Assembly (NCBI GenBank): GCA_050179755.1
Contig: JBFXEV010000001.1
Coordinates: 105,994-169,993 of the forward strand
Direction: 5' to 3'
DNA length: 64,000 bases
From: Candidatus Babeliales bacterium
GTDB lineage: Bacteria; Babelota; Babeliae; Babelales; JBFXEV01
How positions within the stretch are numbered: position 1 is the stretch's first letter; each line of letters opens with the position of its first letter. Positions 51,762-60,567 of the stretch are shown in pieces. Below the pieces are notes generated by a model, which was given only the letters and a program-made list of their open reading frames with translations, was not told the origin of the DNA and ran no database searches. The translations under genes and the position numbers were made by a program.

Positions 51762-51943
51762 ATTCACTCCTTTATTTAATGCCAAGCTGAATTGTCATAA
51801 CAAAAAATAATGTAATAACACAACGCATCTTGCCATTTACATATTATCAAATAGTGAAGAGCTATAGCAATATTCCCACATTTTAGATACATTAAAAAGA
51901 GGCGAATGCCAATTTCATAAATTCCTTTTTCAGTCAAAAAATT

Positions 51944-53641
51944 ATGCGCCAAGGATTTTACTTGTTTAATTATTTCTTTTTCTTCTGTAGCATACTCTGC
52001 ACTACCACCAATCTATGGTGCATGCGAACCCAGCCATTTTTTAAAGTTGTTACAACTAATGATGGCAAAGAATATATGGCCCATCCTAAATTATTTGCAG
52101 CTTGTAACTCTGTTGTTCCTATCGACCCTACTGAACATATTTTTCCACTGAAAACGGTTTCAAGTACAGAATGGGAACCATTCGAGGCTTGTTTACAAGC
52201 ATTATTTAAAGAAGAAAGGACTATGCAACCTGCACAACAGCGCTCCTTAGGCGTGATTATAGGAGAGCAAGCTACCAATAAAAAAAGAGCTCGCGATATA
52301 CTTGCAGTAGCGCATTTATTTGGTCATGATCAACTTGTAGATGCCACCATGCAACTATGGGCAGATCGCAATTATGGCATGCCAGAGCAAATTTCTAGTG
52401 ATTCGCTACCGCATGAACTGGTCTACGATTTGCCAGCTGATGCACAAGAAGGGATAGCTCAAAAGGTACTTTATAGTACGCCTTTAGACCAAAAGTTACC
52501 AAAATGGGTAATAAAAATGAACATAAAACCGCGCACCATAAAACTTACACAGAGTTTATGGTCATGCGCAGCAAATAAACATTCTCAAGTTGCTGTAGGC
52601 TGCGTGGATGGTACAATTACCATTCTTGCTGATGAAACTGTTCAACGAAATTTTCCGGCGCATACCAAAGAAGTAAGCGATCTTCACTTTTGCCCCGATG
52701 GCAACTTTTTATTTTCTGCAGCGCAAGACAGCGTAATCAAAGTGTGGAATGCACAACAAGAATTTGCATTCGTTCGTGAATTTCAATTAAACAAACCGAC
52801 ACTTCCTTTTTCTATAGCGCTTAATACTCAAAATACGTTAATTGCAACACCACTTGACCAGGGTATACGCGTATTTGATGCCAACACCGATGATATTAAC
52901 TTTATACTAAATCCAAATAGTAAATCAGCCACCGTTATTTTTGACCAAACAGGTGCGCGCTTGATTGCAGATGCGCAACAAAGTACTATTGCAATTTTCA
53001 ATGTACAAACAGGAATACAGGAAGCAGCACTTGAAATCCAACAAAATATACCTCAGCGATTGCAATGTAATGCGCAAAATTCTTTGCTTGCAGCCGGTAT
53101 GAAATCTGGCCTTATATTTTTATGGAACCTTTCTGATTTTAGCTTACAAGCAACCTTTAATGCGCATGCAAATAAAATTTGGGCGATCGAATTTAGCCCT
53201 TGTAGTAGATTTTTATTCACGGCTTCTACAGATAAAACCGTTAAGATTTGGGATCTAGTCACCGTTAAATGTATAAAAACCTTTAACGTTAACACCGCCG
53301 TACATGATATGCGCCTTACCCCAGATTTAGAACTTATTATAGCGTGCAAAAACCGTGCCCTAAAATTCATTCCCATTAAAGACTTTCTTAAACAATATCA
53401 AAAACACTGCCATTATTTTAAAAACAAGACTACACTTGCACAGGCTCTTTTAATTCAAGAAGCTTTTACCAGAAAACAAGATAACCCGCTTGTGTTGACA
53501 CCCGAAGCTAGAGCAACATTAAGCACATTTGATCCAATTATTAAGGCTTTACTTCAAAAAGAATTACCATTCCAAAAAGCAACAAAGAAAAAAAGGAAAA
53601 CAGAAGATGAAAAAGATGCAGATTACGTTCCAGACAATTAA
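51944..53641 (+). CDS. Exported Skp1/BTB-like + WD40 protein with C-terminal basic NLS-like tail (copy 1)
   Basis: Signal peptide LWC-M; KVVTTNDG, IFPLKTV, ILAVAHLFGHDQLVD; WD40 repeats (AHTKEV..IKVWN, AHANKI..VKIWD); KKKRK. Confidence 0.85.
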   Translation: MRQGFYLFNYFFFFCSILCTTTNLWCMRTQPFFKVVTTNDGKEYMAHPKLFAACNSVVPIDPTEHIFPLKTVSSTEWEPFEACLQALFKEERTMQPAQQRSLGVIIGEQATNKKRARDILAVAHLFGHDQLVDATMQLWADRNYGMPEQISSDSLPHELVYDLPADAQEGIAQKVLYSTPLDQKLPKWVIKMNIKPRTIKLTQSLWSCAANKHSQVAVGCVDGTITILADETVQRNFPAHTKEVSDLHFCPDGNFLFSAAQDSVIKVWNAQQEFAFVREFQLNKPTLPFSIALNTQNTLIATPLDQGIRVFDANTDDINFILNPNSKSATVIFDQTGARLIADAQQSTIAIFNVQTGIQEAALEIQQNIPQRLQCNAQNSLLAAGMKSGLIFLWNLSDFSLQATFNAHANKIWAIEFSPCSRFLFTASTDKTVKIWDLVTVKCIKTFNVNTAVHDMRLTPDLELIIACKNRALKFIPIKDFLKQYQKHCHYFKNKTTLAQALLIQEAFTRKQDNPLVLTPEARATLSTFDPIIKALLQKELPFQKATKKKRKTEDEKDADYVPDN

Positions 53642-55376
53642 ACAAAATCTACTGGGCATACTATTCATCATTTCTTGCACAACAATGCCCTTGCACCAAG
53701 TTGATGGCACAATCACATGCTTTAGTAACGGCAAGCCAGTTTCACACCTTAAAACCACGTTGCAAACAGGACAACAACAAGTCATTGTAAAAACTAAAAT
53801 ATTAATGCCTTGTCTTGCACTAGCAGTACATATTGAAGAAGGGCAGGAGGTCATTCCATTACCCAACATACCACCATTTGAGCTTCTTCATGTAGCAGCA
53901 TGCCTGCAAGCGCATTATGAACTTATGCACGCTCGTTCAAAAGAAGAATATCAAGGAAAACGCCAACAACTTGATGCACAGCTTAATTCAGAAGAAAAAG
54001 TTCACACAGCGCTTATGGCAGCAAATTATTTAGATCATAAAGATCTGCGTGCTCGATGCGCATCCCTTTGGGCCACTAAAAATTACTCGCGCTCATTTAT
54101 GCAAGCTACGCCTGACGAAGTTGAATTTGAAATTGCACAGCGAAAACTTGAACAAACATCACTCCATGACGATATTGCCTATTGGATGGCTCAAAAAACT
54201 TGGATCAACCCCACAAGGACACTTAATCATAAGAACCGGTCAGTTTGGTCACTGGCTTCCAATAGCTCTGGCACGCAAGTTGCCGTTGGCGATTACTTGG
54301 GAAAAATTAGAGTATATGAGCAGGATCAAAAAGAACCTAGTATTAGCATACAAGCACATGCTACTGCCATCACTGATATAGCATTTAACGAAGATGATAC
54401 TTTGGTAGCCACTTGTGCAAGAGATGGCTCACTTCGTTTTTGGGATATTGAAACTAAAGCACAAAAATCGCAACTTGACAGCGACCATCCGCTTGCCCCC
54501 TATGCCTTTAAAACGCATTACAACACAGAGCAAATTGCCTATGATGAAGGATCTAACATTATAGTCGTAAACCCCGCCAATGACACAGAAAAAGTACTTG
54601 AAGGCCATAGTGATTATATTTGCTCTCTTGCTTTTAATAGTGAAGGCACCATGCTTGCATCAGGGGGGGAAGACTGCTCCATAAAACTCTGGGATCTTTC
54701 CACTGGTGCGTGCATGGCAACATTAATTTCTCATACAGAATCGGTGGCTTGCGTACAATTTAGCCCTGATGACAGTTTACTTGCAGCAGGATCTATGGAT
54801 GCTAGTATTTCTCTCTATGATGTTTCAACGCAAGAATTAGTTACAAAACTTGAAGGCCATAAGAACAAAGTTTGGTCGGTAATTATTTCAAACGATAATC
54901 AATTTTTATATTCTGCCTCAGTTGATGGCTCGATTAAAATCTGGCATTTGCCTACTGCGCGCTTGATTAAAAATTTAGTGACTTTTCCACGTACCCAGCT
55001 GCATGCAATGGTTTTGCAACCCAATGGCAGATTAGTTACTGCAGCATTAAATGGAGATATACAATTTTGGGATATCCCTACAATAATCCATCCCATACAA
55101 GCGCTGCAAAAGTATATGCAAAGCGACAGAAGTTTTGATCAAGCCCAATTGATTGTTGATGCTTATGATGCACCTCAAAAAGAGCCTCTTGATTGTTCAA
55201 CAAAGCGTGAACGAGCAAGAGCTTTTGAAACACTTAGACCTGAAATGCAAGACTTACTTATACACAACTTGCATGTAAAGCCCCCAAAGAAAAGAGTAAA
55301 ATCAAGAAAGAAAGGTTCACAAAATAGTTCATCACGCAAACGCGCTACCGCTGATGCAATTGAGCCATTCAAGTAA
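53607..55376 (+). CDS. Exported Skp1-like + 7-bladed WD40 protein with C-terminal NLS-like tail (copy 2)
   Basis: Start 53607 or 53616; IPLPNI and LMAANYLDHKDL..C; seven WD40 repeats; PPKKRVKSRKK...RKR. Confidence 0.88.
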   Translation: MKKMQITFQTIKQNLLGILFIISCTTMPLHQVDGTITCFSNGKPVSHLKTTLQTGQQQVIVKTKILMPCLALAVHIEEGQEVIPLPNIPPFELLHVAACLQAHYELMHARSKEEYQGKRQQLDAQLNSEEKVHTALMAANYLDHKDLRARCASLWATKNYSRSFMQATPDEVEFEIAQRKLEQTSLHDDIAYWMAQKTWINPTRTLNHKNRSVWSLASNSSGTQVAVGDYLGKIRVYEQDQKEPSISIQAHATAITDIAFNEDDTLVATCARDGSLRFWDIETKAQKSQLDSDHPLAPYAFKTHYNTEQIAYDEGSNIIVVNPANDTEKVLEGHSDYICSLAFNSEGTMLASGGEDCSIKLWDLSTGACMATLISHTESVACVQFSPDDSLLAAGSMDASISLYDVSTQELVTKLEGHKNKVWSVIISNDNQFLYSASVDGSIKIWHLPTARLIKNLVTFPRTQLHAMVLQPNGRLVTAALNGDIQFWDIPTIIHPIQALQKYMQSDRSFDQAQLIVDAYDAPQKEPLDCSTKRERARAFETLRPEMQDLLIHNLHVKPPKKRVKSRKKGSQNSSSRKRATADAIEPFK

Positions 55377-56204
55377 TTCTTTGTAACCAAATTTTAAAGC
55401 CCACATATACGCTGTGTGGCCTAAGTTATTTGGCACATCAATCAATTCACTGAATGCCTGTTTATTATTTGTTGCCTCATAGACGTCGTTAAGTAGAGTA
55501 AGTATATATCGTTCTTTATGTTCTAATTGCATATCATAAGGCAATGCACATGAATACATAATAAGGCCATGCACAATCGTATTACCCAGCTGATCACGTA
55601 AACTAAACAATTGTTCTTCTTGCATGTATTTGAGTAGATTACTCACCATGCTGAAACTACCATTCCTTAAATTGCGCCACAGGTTGTGAGGATCTTTAAG
55701 CATTTCATACGTTTCCCATTCATATCCAAGTAATATTTGGCGAAAGGCTTTATCTTCTACGTAATCTCGTGCAGTTTTACCATATATATCTTTTATGCGT
55801 GGATCGGCACCAAACATATAGAGATATGCAGCAATATCCTGATATCCTTTTTGTACTGCATGAGTAAACACTGTTTGCCAATGAACATCTCGGCTAGTAA
55901 CGTAATACTTATCAAAATCTACTTTCTTTAAAATCGTATCAATTGTTTGTTCAATACCTTCTTTTTTTTCTTTTGGAGTATGTGTAGCATCAAGGGTATC
56001 AGCATGGTGCACTGCTGCAATTAACAATGTATATTCATGTTCATCTTTTGCTTTTTTTACATCATAATATTTTGATGCGTTAATAAGTTCACATGCCTCT
56101 TTGTAATGCCCTTCTTGAAAAAGCGTAAACGCCGTATGTACTTCTATTTTTGGGTTCATTATACCAAGGGATACTAAAAGGGAAATTAATAATTCATGCA
56201 ACAT
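55332..56204 (-). CDS. Ankyrin-repeat protein
   Basis: QTVFTHAVQKGY..FGADPRIKDIYGKTA, GNTIVH, GHTAYMWA; AAGGAG SD. Confidence 0.8.
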   Translation of the reverse strand: MLHELLISLLVSLGIMNPKIEVHTAFTLFQEGHYKEACELINASKYYDVKKAKDEHEYTLLIAAVHHADTLDATHTPKEKKEGIEQTIDTILKKVDFDKYYVTSRDVHWQTVFTHAVQKGYQDIAAYLYMFGADPRIKDIYGKTARDYVEDKAFRQILLGYEWETYEMLKDPHNLWRNLRNGSFSMVSNLLKYMQEEQLFSLRDQLGNTIVHGLIMYSCALPYDMQLEHKERYILTLLNDVYEATNNKQAFSELIDVPNNLGHTAYMWALKFGYKELLEWLNCISGSAFA

Positions 56205-56336
56205 TTTTTAACTCCTTATTATCGTTATTTACACTCTTATTTTAACAAATGAAGGTTTTATTGGACAATAATTAAATTATGTTTGATTGTTTTATGTTTT
56301 GATGCCAACAACGGTTACGTAGAAGTGCACCCGTTC

Positions 56337-56455
56337 ATATACAATAGTTTATTGCTGGGCCACTACGCGTGGCAGCGCGCCCATCTTTTGGGTTGCCAAA
56401 AGATGGCGGAGAAAAACAAACTAGGAGGCATGCTATCCTCCTAGTTACCTCCCAT
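56337..56455 (+). repeat. Three-hairpin structured element, copy 1
   Basis: GCCAC-tacgc-GTGGC; CCATCTTTTGG-gttg-CCAAAAGATGG; AACTAGGAGG-catgctat-CCTCCTAGTT. Confidence 0.75.
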
Positions 56456-56647
56456 AAGGTCTTTGCCGATTACTACTGTTATATTCTCTCTTGTTACTTT
56501 TTTCTTTGGATGTTCATTGTCAATATAACTTCCTAATTATTTGTGAGCCAGTTGACATCCATCCACCCACACAGAAATATGCATAGAAATTAAAATTAAG
56601 CGACGGCGAGATTTAACCAAGATGATTTAATAATCTAGTTGATAAGG

Positions 56648-56764
56648 TATGGGGAGCAGCGAGGGATAGCATGCCCTCGCTTGCTTTTTGCACCCTTTTT
56701 GGCACCAAAAAGGCGTGCGCCCGCCGCGGCGTAAGCGGCACCAGCGAAAAACAATTGTACAGAT
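56648..56764 (-). repeat. Three-hairpin structured element, copy 2 (inverted)
   Basis: Reverse complement reads GCCGC-ttacgcc-GCGGC; CCTTTTTGG-tg-CCAAAAAGG; AGCGAGGG-catgctat-CCCTCGCT. Confidence 0.75.
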
Positions 56765-56951
56765 AAAGACTTTTTCTAAATACAGAATAAAACAGAATGC
56801 TTCTATGCCCTTCTTATGCTGATCGATACCGCCCAAAACAAACACTAAGAGCATAAGTGTCCAGGTTGTTCAAATCTATTTCACCATTATACCATTGCCC
56901 CTAAAACACTGATTCCTATATACTAAAAGTAAAGGGGAAAAGGAGATTATA

Positions 56952-57986
56952 ATGGCACAAAATTCTATAAAAAATATCATTATTGGCATAATCGCTCTCA
57001 ATCTCGTTGTAATCATCCACGAATTTGGCCATTTTGCAGCATGCAAACTTTTTGGCGTAAAAGTAAACACCTTTTCTATAGGCTTTCCACCAGTTATTGC
57101 TTCCACAAAAATAGGCGACACAACATATCAACTTGGCGCATTGCCCCTAGGCGGTTTTGTATCCCCTGATCCTCAAGGTGTACAAAAACTGCCATATATA
57201 AAGAAAATGATCATGGTACTTGCAGGTATTTTTATGAACTTTTTACTTGCATTCCTTATTTTATTTGCTCTCGCCCGCAGAACTAATCGAAAACCAATTC
57301 CCGTCATTGACACCGTGCTTCCGGATTCACCAGCAGCTCATGCTGGCCTGCAACCTGGCGATCGCTTTATAGCGATTAATAGCATTCCCTTTGATCAAGA
57401 AAACATAACTGAGCTATTGCAAACCATCTATAATTCAGGTGGTAAGCAAGTAACTTTTATTATTGAGCGTGATGGCAGAGAACTTACTGTTCCCGTACAT
57501 ATTACTAATCATAATCCATTGCTTGGTGATGGAGTTGGTACAGTTGGTGTATCGTTCCAGACTGAAAAAGTGCCTACTCCCACGCTCTGGGAATCAATCA
57601 CCCATACAAGAAAAAGTTTTTCTGCCCTCTTTGCAAGCATGGGGCCTACAGTTGCAAAAATGTTGCGTTCTAAAGGGAAAAACAATGGCGGCGTTATAGG
57701 GCCAATTGGTATTATGTCGTTACTTGGCAAAAGCTTGAGTTACGGACTTGCTACCTTTTTATATTTTATGGCAATCATAAGCTTTAATATAGGCGCTTTT
57801 AACCTGCTCCCCATCCCATTTCTTGATGGCGGAGTTGCAGCACAATATACCTTAGAAGCGCTCACCGGCACTCATCTGCCTCCAGCCATTGTAACGATTA
57901 TCTATATTATTTTTATAATGTTACTCGTTTTCATGATGATCCGTTTGACTGTCGGAGACGTGCGGCAATTACGCAGAAAAAGTTAG
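56952..57986 (+). CDS. rseP: RIP metalloprotease (M50) with PDZ domain
   Basis: HEFGH, FSIGF, PLGGFV, DSPAAHAGLQPGD, NLLPIPFLDGG. Confidence 0.93.
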   Translation: MAQNSIKNIIIGIIALNLVVIIHEFGHFAACKLFGVKVNTFSIGFPPVIASTKIGDTTYQLGALPLGGFVSPDPQGVQKLPYIKKMIMVLAGIFMNFLLAFLILFALARRTNRKPIPVIDTVLPDSPAAHAGLQPGDRFIAINSIPFDQENITELLQTIYNSGGKQVTFIIERDGRELTVPVHITNHNPLLGDGVGTVGVSFQTEKVPTPTLWESITHTRKSFSALFASMGPTVAKMLRSKGKNNGGVIGPIGIMSLLGKSLSYGLATFLYFMAIISFNIGAFNLLPIPFLDGGVAAQYTLEALTGTHLPPAIVTIIYIIFIMLLVFMMIRLTVGDVRQLRRKS

Positions 57987-58065
57987 CCCTGTTGCACGGG
58001 ACTTAAAGCTCCACTACACTTTTAGGTAAAAGAGCTTTTTAACCTTCACCTCAGTAAAGGATTTT

Positions 58066-58560
58066 ATGAAGAAACTTGCCATTGCTCTATTATTTTGCGT
58101 ATGCCCACCCCTGTATAGCGCGTCTAACATTATTCCCTTGGAAAAATTAATGTTCTATTCCATAGTTGCTGATAATGCCAAAGAAAAACTAGCGCACGAA
58201 TATCCGGAATATACTGCTTGGCTTTCTGATACTAACGCTCTTTTGCTCCTTAACTTTATTACTACAACAGATAAGCCTGTGATTATTAAATTCGGTGCTG
58301 ACTGGTGCATGCCCTGCAAGAGCCTTGCACCCATTGTGCACGAAGCCGCTTTTGAATGCAGTAATGACGTCCTTATTATTGACATTAATATTGATGATGC
58401 GCCTACGATCCGCCAAATGTTTGATATTCAAACTATCCCTACCTTAATTTATTTTAAAAATGGCAAACAAAAGGATCGCACCCACTCTGTTAGTAAAGCA
58501 ACCCTACTTACTAAAATCAAACATTTAATTGACCTAAAAAGTCCTTTATTTACCCCGTAA
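58066..58560 (+). CDS. Exported thioredoxin-family protein
   Basis: Signal peptide, WCMPC, IPTL. Confidence 0.88.
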   Translation: MKKLAIALLFCVCPPLYSASNIIPLEKLMFYSIVADNAKEKLAHEYPEYTAWLSDTNALLLLNFITTTDKPVIIKFGADWCMPCKSLAPIVHEAAFECSNDVLIIDINIDDAPTIRQMFDIQTIPTLIYFKNGKQKDRTHSVSKATLLTKIKHLIDLKSPLFTP

Positions 58561-58677
58561 AAATAGAAGACTTGTCCTGTATTAAAGCATTATTTCCGAC
58601 GCAAGATTTGCCCAGATAACAATAAAAAGGTATAGTAAAAAGTAGATAGTAACGTAGTAAAAAAGTAGGAATATCTA

Positions 58678-59187
58678 ATGAATAAAAATAGTATTTTTGC
58701 CCTTACCATGCTGGCAGCTACTTGGGGCTTAACATTAAATGTATGTGCAGGGCAAGCGGCTAACGTACAAGACATCAAACAATTAAGCGATGCTGGCATT
58801 CAGCCGCAAGACCTTAAAGTATATTTGCAAAAAAATGCACCCGATTTAGTAAAATTTGTGGGCACAACGCCTAGTAAGCTTGAAGTACAATTATTTACCA
58901 CTATTGCGCAATCAAAAAAGCCTGTAGTAGTTAAATTCTATATAAATGGATGTGGCCCCTGCAAGCAAATGGGTAGAATAGTGGAACAAGTTGCAAAAGA
59001 ACTTGGTGAAAGCATATTGGTAATTAATATAGAATCAACCGAAGCTACCCGCAATCTTATGCGCGTTTTGAATGCAAATGGAGTTCCTACGCTTGTTTTC
59101 TTTAAAGATGGCAAAAAAGTAGATCAATTTACCGGCACGCTCAGCGCACAAGAATTAACAGGTAAGCTTAAAAAGTTAGTGAACTAA
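58678..59187 (+). CDS. Exported thioredoxin-family protein
   Basis: Signal peptide, GCGPC, VPTL. Confidence 0.88.
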   Translation: MNKNSIFALTMLAATWGLTLNVCAGQAANVQDIKQLSDAGIQPQDLKVYLQKNAPDLVKFVGTTPSKLEVQLFTTIAQSKKPVVVKFYINGCGPCKQMGRIVEQVAKELGESILVINIESTEATRNLMRVLNANGVPTLVFFKDGKKVDQFTGTLSAQELTGKLKKLVN

Positions 59188-59193
59188 ACTTTT

Positions 59194-59733
59194 ATGATAC
59201 ATCCCTGGCATACGCTCTCTCACGGCAAAGATGCACCTAAAATAGTTAATAGCATTATAGAAATTGCGCGTGAATCAAAAGCAAAATATGAACTAGATAA
59301 AGAAACGGGTTTCTTGCGCCTTGACCGTGTATTGCACACAGACTTGCGCTACCCGTTTCATTACGGTTTTATTCCTCAAACATATTGTGAAGATAAAGAC
59401 CCTCTTGATGTCATTGTGTTATGCTCTGAACCATTACTGCCTTTAAGCATAGTAGAAACCACGGTAGTAGGCGCTATTCACATGATAGATGGTGGTGAAC
59501 TAGATTATAAAATCATTGGCATTGCAACGCATGACCCATATGTGCAACGCATAAAGGATTTAAGCGATATTAACGCTGAACGCCTTGCCACCTTTAAATT
59601 CTTTTTTGAGCATTACAAGCAACAAGAAGCCAAAGAAGTTGTTATCAAAGGTTTTTTTAATAAAGAAGAAGCGCAACAGTTAGTACTTGATAGCATTCAA
59701 ATGTATAAAGATAAATTTCCCGCGCAACATTAA
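59194..59733 (+). CDS. ppa: Inorganic pyrophosphatase (family I)
   Basis: KYELDK, YGFIPQT, DPLDV, FFEHYK. Confidence 0.95.
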   Translation: MIHPWHTLSHGKDAPKIVNSIIEIARESKAKYELDKETGFLRLDRVLHTDLRYPFHYGFIPQTYCEDKDPLDVIVLCSEPLLPLSIVETTVVGAIHMIDGGELDYKIIGIATHDPYVQRIKDLSDINAERLATFKFFFEHYKQQEAKEVVIKGFFNKEEAQQLVLDSIQMYKDKFPAQH

Positions 59734-59753
59734 TTCAACACCTAGGAATATAC

Positions 59754-60278
59754 ATGAAGAAAATACTAACCTGTCTTGCCCTTATTGCAACGCTTAACGT
59801 ACACAATGTATACAGCATGCAGGAAGAAGTTTCTGAATCTACTTTAGCTTTAGCCCAGGCACTCTATACAAAACCATCTGAATCATTCGAACTTATCCAC
59901 GCATTTGTTGCAGCGCGTAGAAGCAATATAGATCACGCAGATGCTTCTACCGGCAATACGTGGTTACATGTAGAAATTATAAATCTTTGTTGGGGGCAGG
60001 CACCCGCTCGTCTTATTACTATCGCAGCACTTCTTGCACATGGTGCTGATCGCACGAGGCAAAACAGCGAAGAATTAACGCCAGCAGCATGTGCCAACGA
60101 TGCACTTTATGAAAGTACATTAGGTACAAGTTCTGTGTTTACCGCTCACGCGCAGGCTGCACTTGATTTACTGCAAGAAGAAAAACCCACTAAGCAAACA
60201 CTCATTAATTTAGCCAAAAAGCACAAACTTACCACATTAATGCCATTGTTAACAGGTCAACATTCTAACTTTGTATAG
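59754..60278 (+). CDS. Exported ankyrin-like protein
   Basis: Signal peptide VYS-MQ; TGNTWLH, LLAHGAD..NSEELTP. Confidence 0.65.
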   Translation: MKKILTCLALIATLNVHNVYSMQEEVSESTLALAQALYTKPSESFELIHAFVAARRSNIDHADASTGNTWLHVEIINLCWGQAPARLITIAALLAHGADRTRQNSEELTPAACANDALYESTLGTSSVFTAHAQAALDLLQEEKPTKQTLINLAKKHKLTTLMPLLTGQHSNFV

Positions 60279-60283
60279 TGACT

Positions 60284-60567
60284 ATGCAATATCTTAATAC
60301 TATTTTACTCTCTGTTATTGCTAGTACCTTTAATTGCAGAGCAATGGATAATGATAATAATAATATTCTCCGCTCTCACCCAAATCTACGCATGCTGCTG
60401 AACGCTGATTATCAAACGACTTGAGAGAATCTCGAGCATTGTTAGATGGCATAGAGAGAGAACGCTTATTAGATGCATTAGGAAGAACTCCACATTCGCC
60501 ACGCGAATCTTATGCAGCTATTGCCATATTTAATACAATAGTTACGCTTTACCTTCCAAATGTTTAA
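60284..60567 (+). pseudogene. Frameshifted exported-protein gene
   Basis: MQYLNTILLSVIASTFNCRA-MDN stops at 60424; a shifted frame is open from about 60409 to 60567. Confidence 0.45.

Noticed and set aside
53529..53606. ORF-track 5' extensions (also 6405, 8253, 29020, 31021, 33608, 40777, 45582, 51785)
   Set aside because: Downstream starts have better SDs or promoter spacing and put the signal peptide or first conserved motif at the N-terminus
56337..56764. CRISPR array or tRNA interpretation of the hairpin elements
   Set aside because: Only two inverted, diverged copies with no spacer periodicity or cas genes; no cloverleaf or T-loop motif
56627..56854. 75-aa minus-strand ORF across structured element copy 2
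   Set aside because: No clear SD or protein-like features; not preserved as an ORF in copy 1
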